Source of the DNA: Vulcanimicrobiota bacterium
Lineage (GTDB): Bacteria > Vulcanimicrobiota > Vulcanimicrobiia > Vulcanimicrobiales > Vulcanimicrobiaceae
Reading direction: 5' to 3'
NCBI GenBank assembly: GCA_963733295.1
Contig: CAVTCS010000003.1
Location: 480,001-544,000 of the forward strand
Length of the DNA: 64,000 nucleotides
The first letter of the stretch is position 1, and each line of letters begins with the position of its first letter. The notes beneath the pieces were generated by a model. That model was not told the DNA's origin and ran no database searches. It saw only the letters and a program-made list of their open reading frames with translations. Below are positions 39,118 through 49,784 of this stretch, piece by piece. The translations under genes and the position numbers were made by a program.

Positions 39118-40545
39118 ATGACGAAAGCGAACGCAACCGCAAACGGCGCGAAAACGCGCCTCGAATCCGACTCGATGGGTCACATCGAGGTCCCCGGCGA
39201 CAAGTACTACGGAGCGCAATCGGCGCGCTCGCTCGTGCACTTCGACATCGGCGACGGCGCGACGCCGCGCGACGTGATGCCTCGCCAGGTAATCCGCGCG
39301 ATGGCCACCCTCAAGAAGGCAGCCGCCCTCGTCAACCGCGAGCTGGGCAAACTCGACAAGGAAAAGGCCGACCTGATCGTGCGGGCCGCCGACGAAGTCA
39401 TCGCCGGGAAACACGACGCGCACTTTCCGTTGCGCGTTTGGCAAACGGGCTCCGGAACGCAGACGAACATGAACGTCAACGAAGTCATCTCGAACCGGGC
39501 GATCGAGCTCGCCGGCGGGAAATTAGGTTCGAAGACGCCGGTTCATCCGAACGATCACGTGAACATGTCGCAGTCGTCGAACGATACGTTTCCGACGGCG
39601 ATGCACATGGCGGCGGCCGAAGCCGTCACCGAGCTGCTGCCCGCGGTCCGCGAGTTGCGCGACGCGCTCCACGTCAAAGCGCTCGAGTGGAAGGACATCG
39701 TCAAAGTCGGGCGCACGCACTTGCAAGACGCGACGCCCCTCACGCTCGGCCAGGAGTTCTCCGGCTACGTCACCCAGCTCGATCGCGCGATGGTCGCGAT
39801 TGCCGAATCGCTCGATCACCTGTACGACCTCGCGATCGGCGGCACCGCCGTCGGAACCGGTCTCAATGCGCATCCCGAGTTCGCGGAGCGCACCGCGAAG
39901 AAACTCGCCGAGCTGACCTCGCTGCCGTTGCGCTCGCACCCTAACAAGTTCACGGCGCTCGCCTCTCACGACGACTTCGTGTTCGCATCCGGCGCGCTCA
40001 AGCAATTAGCGGCTGCGATGATGAAGATCGCCAACGACATTCGCTGGCTCGGCTCGGGTCCGCGGGCAGGGCTGGGCGAGTTGAACCTGCCCGAAAACGA
40101 GCCCGGGAGCTCGATCATGCCGGGTAAGGTGAATCCGACACAAAGCGAAGCGGTCACGATGGTCGTCGTGCAAGTCTTCGGTAACGATGCCGCAATCGGA
40201 TTTGCTGCGTCGCAGGGAAACTTCGAACTCAACGTCTTCAATCCGGTGATGATCTACAACTTCTTGCACTCGACCACGCTGTTGCGCGACTCGGCGCGGA
40301 TGTTCCGCGAGCACTGCGTCGAGGGTCTCACCGCGAACGTCGAAACGATCGGCGAGTATTTAGCGCAGTCGCTGATGACCGTGACCGCGCTTTCGCCGAA
40401 GATCGGCTACGACAAAGCAGCCGAAATCGCGAAGAAGGCGCATAAGGAAAAGACCACGCTGAAAGAGGCGGCCGTCGGGCTCGGTTACGTCACCGCGGAC
40501 GAGTTCGACCGCTCGGTCATCCCTAAGGACATGACACACTCCTAA
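39118..40545 (+). CDS. fumC: class II fumarate hydratase
   Basis: [41 protein letters not shown]. Confidence 0.97.
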   Translation: MTKANATANGAKTRLESDSMGHIEVPGDKYYGAQSARSLVHFDIGDGATPRDVMPRQVIRAMATLKKAAALVNRELGKLDKEKADLIVRAADEVIAGKHDAHFPLRVWQTGSGTQTNMNVNEVISNRAIELAGGKLGSKTPVHPNDHVNMSQSSNDTFPTAMHMAAAEAVTELLPAVRELRDALHVKALEWKDIVKVGRTHLQDATPLTLGQEFSGYVTQLDRAMVAIAESLDHLYDLAIGGTAVGTGLNAHPEFAERTAKKLAELTSLPLRSHPNKFTALASHDDFVFASGALKQLAAAMMKIANDIRWLGSGPRAGLGELNLPENEPGSSIMPGKVNPTQSEAVTMVVVQVFGNDAAIGFAASQGNFELNVFNPVMIYNFLHSTTLLRDSARMFREHCVEGLTANVETIGEYLAQSLMTVTALSPKIGYDKAAEIAKKAHKEKTTLKEAAVGLGYVTADEFDRSVIPKDMTHS

Positions 40546-40589
40546 ACAGATCCCAGGGAGGCTCCCGGCGCCCGACGAAGGCCGGTTGC

Positions 40590-41783
40590 GTGATTCGCGC
40601 GCCCCGGTTTCAGCGGGCGACCGTCGCGATCGCCTTAGCGATCGCCGCGCTGTTCTGCGGCAGCCGCGCAGGCGCCCAGGTCACGCCGGCGAGCCCGGAC
40701 GTAGCGCCGGTTCAAAAGGTCGCCCCGCAGACCGCCTTGGCAGCGATCGACGCCGCCCGCAAACAGGTTGCCGCCGGCGACCTGGCCGGCGCGACGAAGA
40801 ACCTCCGGAGCTTCGTCGACGCGCACCCGCGCGACCTCGACGCAGCGCGCTATTTAGGCGACCTCTATTACCGGCAGTCGGACTTCGCTTCGGCGGAGCA
40901 AACCTACCGGGCCGTCCTCGCCGTTGCGCCGGGCGATCGCCAGACCCACGACCGGCTCGGCGGCATCTATGCCGCGCAAGATCACGTGAATCAGGCAATC
41001 GCTGAGTTCACAAAGAGCTTGCCGGAGACGAGCGCTTACGGTCACCTCGTGGATTTACACAAGCGCAACGGTGACTTCGCGACCTTCAGGGGCGAATTCC
41101 AAACCCAGGCCGATGCGATGCCCTACGACGCCGAGGCCCAATACGCGATCGGCGCGATCCTGGTCGCCGACCGCAAGTCCGAGGAAGCCGTTCGTTACCT
41201 GAGGCGGGCGTTCGATCTTCAGCCTCGCTCGTGCGCAACCATGAGCGAGCTGGGGAATGCTTACCTTGACACCAACGAGACCGAGCTCGCCGCCGACGTT
41301 CTGAAGCGTTGTCTCAGCATCGAGCGCGACAATTACTCGGCCCTCGTCAACCTAGCCGCCCTCGAAATCGAGACGCATCACTTCGATGATGCGGAGCAGC
41401 TGCTGACGCACGCGAACAAAATCGTTCCCGACGGGCCCGAGGCGCTGATCAACCTCGGCTATCTGCAGGACGTTTGGCTTCATCGGGACGCCGCGGTGCG
41501 CTACTACCTCCAGGCGATTGCAGTCGATCCCCTGGCCCGCGACGCCTACGTTAACCTCGGCTACGACTATCAGGAAGAGCATCTCTACGCGCTCGCCGAG
41601 GCTGCGTTTCTCAAGGGCCTGAGCGTCGTTCCGAACGACGGGCGGTTGCACTATCTGCTCGGCCTCACGTACGCCGACCAAGGCAAGCACGACTTAGCGC
41701 GTCAGGAGTACGAGCGGGCGACCAAGTCCGACGAGCCCGAAGTCGCCGACGCCGCGGCGCGCGACCTCAGGGCGCTGCAGTAG
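40590..41783 (+). CDS. exported tetratricopeptide-repeat protein
   Basis: Signal peptide; repeated LG..Y / A...Y..A....P helical units. Confidence 0.85.
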   Translation: MIRAPRFQRATVAIALAIAALFCGSRAGAQVTPASPDVAPVQKVAPQTALAAIDAARKQVAAGDLAGATKNLRSFVDAHPRDLDAARYLGDLYYRQSDFASAEQTYRAVLAVAPGDRQTHDRLGGIYAAQDHVNQAIAEFTKSLPETSAYGHLVDLHKRNGDFATFRGEFQTQADAMPYDAEAQYAIGAILVADRKSEEAVRYLRRAFDLQPRSCATMSELGNAYLDTNETELAADVLKRCLSIERDNYSALVNLAALEIETHHFDDAEQLLTHANKIVPDGPEALINLGYLQDVWLHRDAAVRYYLQAIAVDPLARDAYVNLGYDYQEEHLYALAEAAFLKGLSVVPNDGRLHYLLGLTYADQGKHDLARQEYERATKSDEPEVADAAARDLRALQ

Positions 41784-42198
41784 ACCCTTCGCCGAAGCTG
41801 GCGATCATCTCGATCTCGACCCGGGCATTGCGGGGCAGCGCCGCGACGGCGACCGTCGAACGCGCCGGCGGCACGCTTGTGAAAAACCCGGCGTAGACGC
41901 CGTTCACTGCGCCGAAGTCGCCCATGTCGACCAGAAAGATCGTGCTCTTGGCGACGTCCGTGAAGCTGAGGCCGGCGGCGCCCAGGACGGCTTCGAGATT
42001 TTTCATGACCTGGCGAGCTTGCGCTGCGACGTCGCCTGGGACGAGCTCGCCCGTTGCCGGATCGATCGGCGTTTGACCGCTGCAGAAGAGGAACGAGCCG
42101 GCGCGAACGGCTTGACTGTACGGACCGATCGGCGCCGGCGCGCGATCGCTCACGAAGGCTTCGAGCTCCGCGCTCCTCGTCGATTCACCAAATGCCAT
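41767..42198 (-). CDS. ridA: RidA-family reactive intermediate deaminase
   Basis: APAPIGPYSQA, SGQ, PARSTV, VEIE. Confidence 0.92.
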   Translation of the reverse strand: MAFGESTRSAELEAFVSDRAPAPIGPYSQAVRAGSFLFCSGQTPIDPATGELVPGDVAAQARQVMKNLEAVLGAAGLSFTDVAKSTIFLVDMGDFGAVNGVYAGFFTSVPPARSTVAVAALPRNARVEIEMIASFGEGSTAAP

Positions 42199-42284
42199 GG
42201 CCGGCCGCTTAAGGAGTAAGGCTTTTCGACCCTGCCCGGGAATCGGAGCTTCGCTCGGACCGCGTTACGTTCGATCGCACTGCG

Positions 42285-42992
42285 ATGATGGAGGAAAGAA
42301 ACCTGATGGAATCGGCGAGACTGAATCGAGCCGCGCTTCTCGGCGGTGCGGCAGCTTGGGCCATCGCACTCGGATTGCCCGCGGATGCCGCGGAGCCGGC
42401 GAGCGTGACCGTACCCGCGAAGGCGGCTCTGGAGCGGCTCAAAGAGGGGAACGAGCGCTTCGTCTCGGGTCACTTGGACAACGTGAGCAACCTCGTGGCG
42501 CGGCGCGTCGCCCTGGCCGCCGGCCAAAACCCCTGGGCCACCATCCTCACGTGTTCCGACTCGCGCACCTCGCCCGAACTGATTTTCGATGCGAATGTCG
42601 GTGATCTGTTCGTGACGCGCATCGCCGGCAATTACGTTACCGACGATGGCCTGGGAACGATCGAATACGGCTTTGAACACCTCGGTTCGAATCTGCTGCT
42701 CGTCATGGGACACTCAAGTTGCGGCGCGGTTCAAGCGACCTACGACAGCATCAAGACGGGCAAGCCGTTGCCGCCGCATCTGAACGCGCTCGTGGACGCG
42801 ATCGGCCCTGCGATCGAAAGCATCGTTCGCCAAGGCGGGAGCCTCGACGCAGCAGTCAAGGCGAACGTCCGGGCGCAGGTCTCCGCCGCAGCGTCGCGCT
42901 CGCCGGTACTCGAGAAAGGCGTCGCGGCGGGCACTCTGCGGATCGTGGGCGCGACCTACAATCTCGAGAGCGGCAAGGCCACGCTCGTTTAG
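42285..42992 (+). CDS. beta-class carbonic anhydrase with export signal
   Basis: LKEGNERF, CSDSR, GHSSCGA zinc ligands; N-terminal signal-like segment. Confidence 0.92.
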   Translation: MMEERNLMESARLNRAALLGGAAAWAIALGLPADAAEPASVTVPAKAALERLKEGNERFVSGHLDNVSNLVARRVALAAGQNPWATILTCSDSRTSPELIFDANVGDLFVTRIAGNYVTDDGLGTIEYGFEHLGSNLLLVMGHSSCGAVQATYDSIKTGKPLPPHLNALVDAIGPAIESIVRQGGSLDAAVKANVRAQVSAAASRSPVLEKGVAAGTLRIVGATYNLESGKATLV

Positions 42993-43019
42993 CGGCGCCA
43001 CATACGCGCGGCAGGACCC

Positions 43020-44285
43020 CTAGGCGTAGGGGTCGCGGATGAGTCCGGGCAGCCACTGCCACACCCAGAGCTCCAGCGACGCGAAGCCGATCGACCACAC
43101 GACCAGCGGCACCGCCCACCACTGGGGCGAGCGGCGCACCGCAAAAGCCATCAGCACGAGCATGAACGGAATGAAGTCGAGCGCGTGGCGTGCGCCGAAT
43201 TGCGCTATGCCGGTCGTGTAGTAAACGAAGTTCGGGATCGCGCAGGCCAGCGTCGCGAGCCACATCAGCTGCACGAAGCGCTCGCGAATCGGTGCCGCAA
43301 AGGCCAGTAAGAGCCCGGGGCTCATGTACGTCAGCGCCATTCCCGCGAGCGTCGGTACGATGTACGGTGGCGTATGGACGATGCGCGGCATCTCGGTAAA
43401 GAAGTTTTTGAGCTGCATGGGCAGATAGATCGTGCTGAACGCCGGCGGCGCGAACTTGCCTGGGGCGACCATGACTTTGTAGAACATCGTAAAGCCGACG
43501 TCGACCGGCGTCCCCCACCGAATATAGTCGTAGTACGCCGACGGAAGCGCGAAGGCGAGGCCCACGAGCAGCGCCGGAACCAGGCGACGCGGCGCGACTC
43601 GCAATTGCGGCCAAAGGGCAAGTGCGTAAATCGGCACGGCGAGGAAAAGCGGATAGCGGCAGTAGCACGCGCAGAGAGCCCACAGTGCGACGCGCCAGGG
43701 TGCCGCGGCGCCCAGCAATTCGGCCAGCGTCAACATCGTGAAGGCAAAGCCTCCGACTTGCGCGAGGAACCAAACGTCGCCCGAAGCGGCGCACTGCGCG
43801 AGACTCGTCCCGAAGAGACCGAAGGCGGTGATTCCGGCGGTCCATGCACGCGACGCTCCCGCGAGGCGCGCCGTTCGCCATATGCCGTACGCCGCGATCG
43901 CGCCGAGCGCGATCGACAGCCAGGTCTGGTTGAAGCTGGTTCCCCAGCCCCAAACGAAGGGCACGAGGAGCACGGCCGGCAGCGGTGCCTCGACGATGTA
44001 CGCTTTCCCGTGATACGGCATCGCATCGATCCAGTCGCCCGGAAAATGGATCCAGGCATGACCGTCGAGCCAGGCGTCGGCCAACAGCACGTAGTTGTTG
44101 AAGGGCGTGTTGTCCCCGCGCGACACGACGATCAAAAGCAGCAGCGCGACGAGTGCCGCGACTCCGGCCTGCACGCGCTCGTCGCTCGCGAAGCGCCCGA
44201 GCACGTTGCGCGCGTCGTTCGCGGCGAAGGTTTCGCTTTCGGGGAGGGTGGTCACGCGGGAGTGATTGGCCGCCGGGGCCGCCAA
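43020..44285 (-). CDS. polytopic membrane protein, possibly GT-C-fold glycosyltransferase-like
   Basis: About 10 hydrophobic segments, with a large loop after the first helix. Function is an inference. Confidence 0.55.
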   Translation of the reverse strand: MAAPAANHSRVTTLPESETFAANDARNVLGRFASDERVQAGVAALVALLLLIVVSRGDNTPFNNYVLLADAWLDGHAWIHFPGDWIDAMPYHGKAYIVEAPLPAVLLVPFVWGWGTSFNQTWLSIALGAIAAYGIWRTARLAGASRAWTAGITAFGLFGTSLAQCAASGDVWFLAQVGGFAFTMLTLAELLGAAAPWRVALWALCACYCRYPLFLAVPIYALALWPQLRVAPRRLVPALLVGLAFALPSAYYDYIRWGTPVDVGFTMFYKVMVAPGKFAPPAFSTIYLPMQLKNFFTEMPRIVHTPPYIVPTLAGMALTYMSPGLLLAFAAPIRERFVQLMWLATLACAIPNFVYYTTGIAQFGARHALDFIPFMLVLMAFAVRRSPQWWAVPLVVWSIGFASLELWVWQWLPGLIRDPYA

Positions 44286-44295
44286 ACCCGACCGG

Positions 44296-45726
44296 ATGAG
44301 CGATCTTCTCCGCCAACTCGCGCGCGCGGCCGGTTGGATCGACGCGTACTATGAGAACCCTCGTCGCTTCCCGGTCCTTTCACGCTCGCTGCCGGGCGAG
44401 TTGAGCGAAGCACTGCCCCCAAGCGCGCCGGAGGAACCCGAACCCTTCGAGCGGATCTTCGCCGATTTCGAGCGGCTGATCGTGCCCGGCATCACGCATT
44501 GGAATCATCCGCGTTTCTTCGCCTATTTTGCGATCAGCAGCGCGCCGATCGCCGTCGTTGCCGAAGCGCTCACCGCGGCCCTCGACGTCAACGCGATGTT
44601 GTGGCGCACGTCGCCCGCGGCGACCGAGCTCGAAGAAGTCGTGTTGGCGTGGCTCCGGGAGTTGCTCGGCTTGCCGGCCGCCTTCAGCGGAATCGTCTAC
44701 GACACCGCCTCGATCTCGGGCTTTACCGCGCTGGCCGCGGCACGTGAGTCGCTGGATCTCGACATCCGGGAACGCGGGATGGCGGGACGTTCGGACTTGC
44801 CGGCGTTGCGCGTCTATCTCACCGAGCATACGCACTCGCACATCGAGAAGGCTGCGCTCGCGCTCGGCGTCGGGCGCGAAAACGTCGTGCGCGTCCCGGT
44901 CGACGAAAACTTCGCGATGTTGCCGGACGAGCTCGACGCCCTGCTGACGAGCGACCTCGCGGCCGGCAGGCGGCCGATGTGCATCGCGGCGACGATCGGC
45001 ACCACGTCGACGACGTCGTCGGATCCCGTACCGGCAATTGCGGAGGTCGCTCGCAAGCACGGCGTATGGCTCCACGTCGATGCCGCGTATGCCGGTCCCG
45101 CGGCCATTCTGCCGGAGTTCCGCTACCTGCTCGACGGCTGCGAGCGGGCCGACTCGCTCGTGGTCAATCCGCACAAATGGATGTTCGTCCCGATCGATTT
45201 TTCGGTGCTCTACGTGCGCGATCCGGAAATCGTGCGCCGCGCTTTCAGCCTCGTCATCGATATCCTGCGAACGCCCGAGAGCGGCGTGCGCAACTACATG
45301 GACTACGGCCTGCAACTCGGCCGCCGCTTTCGCGCTCTGAAGTTTTGGTTCGTGCTCCGCTCCTACGGTGCGCGCGGTATCCGCAAGCGTTTGCGCGAGC
45401 ACATCGCACTCGCTCAAGAGTTTGCCGGCTGGGTCGAGGCTGCGCCCGGCTGGGAAATCCTCGCGCCGCATCCGCTTTCGGTCGTGTGCTTCCGCTACGC
45501 GCCGGCGGGTCTCGATCCGCAAGAAATCGACGCCTGCAACGAGCGTCTGGTCGAGGAGGCAAACGCCGGGGGTGAGATCTTCATTTCCTCGACACGTTTG
45601 GCCGGCCGGACCGCGCTGCGTCTGGCCGTCGGCAACGAACGCACGACGCGCGAGGACGTGCGGTTGGCGTGGGACGTCTTACGCCGCAGCGCCGAGAGCG
45701 CGTTAGCCGGCTTGCGCTTGCGCTGA
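44296..45726 (+). CDS. PLP-dependent decarboxylase (aromatic-L-amino-acid decarboxylase family)
   Basis: PGITHWNHPRFFAYF, SPAATELE, HVDAAYAG, NPHKW (PLP lysine), LGRRFRALK. Confidence 0.92.
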   Translation: MSDLLRQLARAAGWIDAYYENPRRFPVLSRSLPGELSEALPPSAPEEPEPFERIFADFERLIVPGITHWNHPRFFAYFAISSAPIAVVAEALTAALDVNAMLWRTSPAATELEEVVLAWLRELLGLPAAFSGIVYDTASISGFTALAAARESLDLDIRERGMAGRSDLPALRVYLTEHTHSHIEKAALALGVGRENVVRVPVDENFAMLPDELDALLTSDLAAGRRPMCIAATIGTTSTTSSDPVPAIAEVARKHGVWLHVDAAYAGPAAILPEFRYLLDGCERADSLVVNPHKWMFVPIDFSVLYVRDPEIVRRAFSLVIDILRTPESGVRNYMDYGLQLGRRFRALKFWFVLRSYGARGIRKRLREHIALAQEFAGWVEAAPGWEILAPHPLSVVCFRYAPAGLDPQEIDACNERLVEEANAGGEIFISSTRLAGRTALRLAVGNERTTREDVRLAWDVLRRSAESALAGLRLR

Positions 45727-47169
45727 AGGTGCGGGCAGCTCCGCGAGCTCGCCGGCGCTCGCCGTCGAGATGCGATTGCGTCCCAGGCGCTTGGCCTTGT
45801 ACAGAGCCTGGTCGGCCGACTCGTAAAGTTGTTTGGTCGAAGTCTTCGAACGGCCGTCGTTGACCGCGACGCCGATGCTGACCGTCATCATCGGAGTCGG
45901 CGAGGTCGGGGAGTGCGGAATCTTGAGGCGCAGCACCGCGGCGCGAACGCGCTCGGCGACCGTCAACGCTCCCGGCTCGTCCGTAAAAGGAAGAACGATC
46001 GCGAACTCCTCGCCGCCGATGCGGCAACAGGTATCCTCGTTGCGGTTCGCAACGCTCGAGATCGCGTCGCCGATCCGGCGCAAGGCTTCGTCGCCTGCGA
46101 TGTGACCGTAGTGATCGTTGAAACTCTTGAAGTAGTCGAGGTCGAGCGCGATCAAACCGATCGGTTGCAGCGAGGTGCGGCACTGCTCGAGCGCTTCTTC
46201 GAAGCGGTCGTCGAAGCCGCGCCGGTTGTAGAGACCCGTTAAGGCGTCGCGCAAGGTCTCCTCGATGAGCGTTCGCGCTTGATTCCCGTACGCTTCCATC
46301 TGCTCGTTGGCGTGTTGCAGTTGCGCGGCCAGCAAGAGCCCTTGCCAAACCAGGGCCGCGAGCACCCCCATGTACCAGCCAACCGAAAACGTGTTGCGCG
46401 AGAGCTCGGCGCTCATGTAGATCTCGATGACGAGCGCGATCACCACCACGGCCAGCCACAGATGGATCGTGTCGCGCGCTCCCGAGCGCAAGATGAGCGC
46501 GACGAAAACGATCGCGGCCAGGGCGAGCAGCAAGTGTGCGATCACGTGGAAGAGCGCGGTGTAGCCGCCGTGGGGCGCGACGAGTGCCAGCAGACGGTCG
46601 TGAAAGACGATCGTCGTGATCACGACCGCCTCGGTGACGGCGATGACGAAGACGACGTAGCCTCGAACGAGTCGAGCGGCGAGCTGCGTGTCGACCGGCC
46701 GATACGCGAAGTACCGTTCGGAGAGCGCATAGATCCCAAGCGACAGGACGAACGTGGCGTGCCATTCTACCCAGAGCCAGGCCGCGGTCTGCGGTCCCGT
46801 TCCGAACGAATTGGCCGAGAATGCATGCGGCAGCAGAACGATGTACGCAACGAGAACTGCCGCGCTGGTCGCGTACGTCGCCGAAAGAAAGGCGAACGGC
46901 GCGAAGTGAGTGCCGCGATATTGATTGCGCATGATCGCCGCGGTGACGAGCATCGCGACGAAAGCCGCCGCGAAAGTCGTCGGCAGGAACGCTTCGTATG
47001 CCGGCCAGAGCTTTTGGGCATGCTGGAACGCGACGAACGCCGAGCCTAAAAGGCCCAGCGCAACGAAGAAAGCCCACCACCGTTCGCTCGTGGTAGCGCG
47101 TGCGTACCCGAGATGTTCCGCCGGCCCGGACGCCGTCATACACCTATCAATCGGCTGCCCCGGTCCCAT
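45703..47169 (-). CDS. membrane-sensor (MASE4-like) diguanylate cyclase
   Basis: About 7 TM N-terminal domain; DALTGLYNRR, DLDYFKSFND.YGH..GD, GGEEF. Start at 47169 or 47139. Confidence 0.88.
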   Translation of the reverse strand: MGPGQPIDRCMTASGPAEHLGYARATTSERWWAFFVALGLLGSAFVAFQHAQKLWPAYEAFLPTTFAAAFVAMLVTAAIMRNQYRGTHFAPFAFLSATYATSAAVLVAYIVLLPHAFSANSFGTGPQTAAWLWVEWHATFVLSLGIYALSERYFAYRPVDTQLAARLVRGYVVFVIAVTEAVVITTIVFHDRLLALVAPHGGYTALFHVIAHLLLALAAIVFVALILRSGARDTIHLWLAVVVIALVIEIYMSAELSRNTFSVGWYMGVLAALVWQGLLLAAQLQHANEQMEAYGNQARTLIEETLRDALTGLYNRRGFDDRFEEALEQCRTSLQPIGLIALDLDYFKSFNDHYGHIAGDEALRRIGDAISSVANRNEDTCCRIGGEEFAIVLPFTDEPGALTVAERVRAAVLRLKIPHSPTSPTPMMTVSIGVAVNDGRSKTSTKQLYESADQALYKAKRLGRNRISTASAGELAELPAPSAQAQAG

Positions 47170-47213
47170 CCTCAAGGCCTCAGGCTCGGGTCGTTTGGGG
47201 AACGAGAGAGCGG

Positions 47214-48566
47214 CTAATAGACCCGGAGGTAGGCCTCCCTTTCCCAGGGGTGCACTGCCCGGCGGTACCGCTCGTACTCGGCGGTTTTCGCATCCCGGAA
47301 GGCGTGGTAGATGTGATCCCCGAGCGCGCCCCGCACGACGGCGTCCTTGTCGAGCTCCGCCAGCGCCTGCCGGAGCGATTTTGGGAGGGTGCGAATGCGA
47401 CGTTTCTCGCGCTCCCTCCCGTTCAGGTCGTAGGTCGAACCTTCTAGCGGGTCGCCCGGCAAAGCGTGCGTGTGCAAACCGTGAGCCGCGCTGGCCAGCA
47501 GCACCGCTAGCGCCAAATACGGGTTGCACGAGGGGTCGGCACTGCGCACTTCGATCCGGCCTGCGCCCGACTGCGCCGGTACGCGCACCAGCGCGTTGGC
47601 GCTGCGGTTGGACCAGACCGTATAGATCGGCGCGTCCCACGCGGCGACGAGTCGCTTGTACGAGTTGACCGTCGGATTGCAGATTGCGGTGTAGGCTTGG
47701 GCGTGTTCGAGCAGACCTGCGATCGCAAAGAGCGATTCCTCGCTCAGATCCTCGGACTCGTCGGCGGCGTCGTCGGGAGCGCTCCGCTGCGGGCTGAAGT
47801 AGACGTGCAGTCCGCTTCCCGCCAGCGTTTCGAGAGGTTTGGGCATGAAGGTCGCGTGCAGGCGGTGACGGGCCGCAACGTGTTTGGCGACGGTGCGAAC
47901 CGTGCTCAAGGCATCGGCCGTGGCGAGAACGCCCGCGTCGTTCAAATCGATCTCGTGTTGGCCCGCACCGTGCTCGTGATGCGCGCTGGCGACGGAAATA
48001 CCCATCGCTTCGAGCGCGGTCACGATCTCGATGCGAGCGCCTTCGCCGCGATCGGACTCGTTGATATCGAAGTACGACCCGACGTCCGAGGTCGAAGTCG
48101 TCGGCGCGCCCTCGGAATCGAGCTCGAAGAGGTAGAACTCGACCTCGAGGCCCGTCCGCAGACCGGCGAGCACCTCGCTGGAGTCGTCGATCGCCCGGCG
48201 CAGCGTCGTGCGCGGGCAACCTTCGAACGGTTCGCCGTCGGGCATCGCGATGTCGCAAATCAGACGCGCTTCGACGGCTTGCGTGCCGACCGTCCAGGGG
48301 TACACGGCGAAGGTCGAAAGATCCGGCAGCAGCATCATGTCGGCTTCCTCACCGCGCACGAAGCCGTCGATCGAGCCGCCGTCGAACGTCACTTTGCCTT
48401 CGAGCGCCCGCTCGAGTTCGCCAATCGGAATCGTTACCGTCTTCGAGATCCCGAGGATGTCGACGAACGAGAGGCGCAGGAAGCGTACCTCGCGTTCCTT
48501 CGCTTGGCGCAGTATCTCGCGCTTCGTCAGCGCTTTGCGTTCACCGTTCGTGAGGGTCGAGTGCAT
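47214..48566 (-). CDS. glutamine synthetase type I-like protein (divergent active site)
   Basis: FDGGSIDGF, EVEFYLF, HHE..GQHEI, ATFMPKP, NSYKRL, RIEVRSADP..NPYL. Confidence 0.88.
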   Translation of the reverse strand: MHSTLTNGERKALTKREILRQAKEREVRFLRLSFVDILGISKTVTIPIGELERALEGKVTFDGGSIDGFVRGEEADMMLLPDLSTFAVYPWTVGTQAVEARLICDIAMPDGEPFEGCPRTTLRRAIDDSSEVLAGLRTGLEVEFYLFELDSEGAPTTSTSDVGSYFDINESDRGEGARIEIVTALEAMGISVASAHHEHGAGQHEIDLNDAGVLATADALSTVRTVAKHVAARHRLHATFMPKPLETLAGSGLHVYFSPQRSAPDDAADESEDLSEESLFAIAGLLEHAQAYTAICNPTVNSYKRLVAAWDAPIYTVWSNRSANALVRVPAQSGAGRIEVRSADPSCNPYLALAVLLASAAHGLHTHALPGDPLEGSTYDLNGREREKRRIRTLPKSLRQALAELDKDAVVRGALGDHIYHAFRDAKTAEYERYRRAVHPWEREAYLRVY

Positions 48567-49755
48567 CGATCGCCATCGCTGTCCTTAAGGTAAGTTGGTC
48601 GTGGGCACTGTCGAGGTCGTGGCCGCTGATCTCCGAGATTTGACGTAACCGGTAGAACACGGTGTGGCGGTGAACCGAAAGCTCCGCAGCCGCGGTCTTC
48701 ACGTTCTGGCCGACGTCAAAGTACAGCCGCAACGTCCTGATCAGCTCGGTTTGGTGCTTCTCGTCGTACGCGCGCAACGGCGCGAGGATGCGCTCGGCAA
48801 AGCCGCGCAGCTCGACCGCGCTCGTGTTGCCGCGTAGCAAGATCGGGTAAACGCCGAGATCTTCGTACGGCATCACGCGCGAACCGCCGAAGAGCCGTCG
48901 CGCGATAAACATCGACTCGCGCGCTTCGTCGACCGTCTTAGCGGCGTCGATCGCCTCGGCAGGGCGTCCCACGCCGCCGACGATTTTCGCGCCGAAGTGG
49001 TTCTTCGTCGCCGCCCGCGCGATCAGCGTCGCGGCGGTGCGCACGTTCTGCGCGTCGACTTCGAGCGGCGCCGGACACAGGAAAACGAATCCGCCGCCGC
49101 GTTCGAGCACCACGATCTCGCCGGATCCCGAGCGAAGCGTCTCGAGGCAGATGCGGCGCAGTTCGGTGCTCTTCGTCGTTGCCGACGCCTCGTCGAGACC
49201 TTCGGCTTCGACCGCAACCGCGACGTAGCCGGCAGCCAGGGTGATGCCGCGGGAAGCGGCATCGTCGCGCGCCTCGATCGGATCGTCGTATGCGCGAGCG
49301 ATGAGCCGGTCCCAGAACGAGCGGCGGCGATTCTTCGCGCCGCCGCCGTCGCGCGACAACTCGACCGCGATCGCTGCTGCTGCCAGCCGCACTGCTCCGG
49401 TCATCGGACCGGCGCCCGGCGCGCTGGGGAAGACGGCAAGCCAGCCCAGCGGCGCATCGCCGCTGCGTATGCGAACGGCAAGACCGTCGGGGGCGTCGCC
49501 CCGGCCCGGCAAGGGTACGGCGGCTTCGCCGGCCTCGCGCCCGGCGGCCGCGATCAGTTCGCGTGCCGAAGGCGGAATCGAGCGCGCGTTCGCGCCTGCC
49601 AGAGCGACGTGGCGCCATTCCGAATCTTCAACGAGGACGGCGGCCGAGAGCGCGCCGGCGACGTGCGCGGCGAGCGCCTTCACGCCGCCGCCCGATGAGG
49701 CGATGCGCGCCAGGCCTTCCGCAAATTCAACGAGTTCGTCGCTCGACAAGACCAT
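48541..49755 (-). CDS. PucR/CdaR-family transcriptional regulator
   Basis: C-terminal LIRTLRLYF...AAELSVHRHTVFYRLRQI helix-turn-helix. Confidence 0.9.
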   Translation of the reverse strand: MVLSSDELVEFAEGLARIASSGGGVKALAAHVAGALSAAVLVEDSEWRHVALAGANARSIPPSARELIAAAGREAGEAAVPLPGRGDAPDGLAVRIRSGDAPLGWLAVFPSAPGAGPMTGAVRLAAAAIAVELSRDGGGAKNRRRSFWDRLIARAYDDPIEARDDAASRGITLAAGYVAVAVEAEGLDEASATTKSTELRRICLETLRSGSGEIVVLERGGGFVFLCPAPLEVDAQNVRTAATLIARAATKNHFGAKIVGGVGRPAEAIDAAKTVDEARESMFIARRLFGGSRVMPYEDLGVYPILLRGNTSAVELRGFAERILAPLRAYDEKHQTELIRTLRLYFDVGQNVKTAAAELSVHRHTVFYRLRQISEISGHDLDSAHDQLTLRTAMAIDALDPHER

Positions 49756-49784
49756 CGGTTCTATCAAGCGAACGGCCCAAGGAC

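Noticed and set aside
47170..48258. Apparent long N-terminal extension of the diguanylate cyclase
   Set aside because: Arg-rich alternative frame overlapping the GS-like gene.
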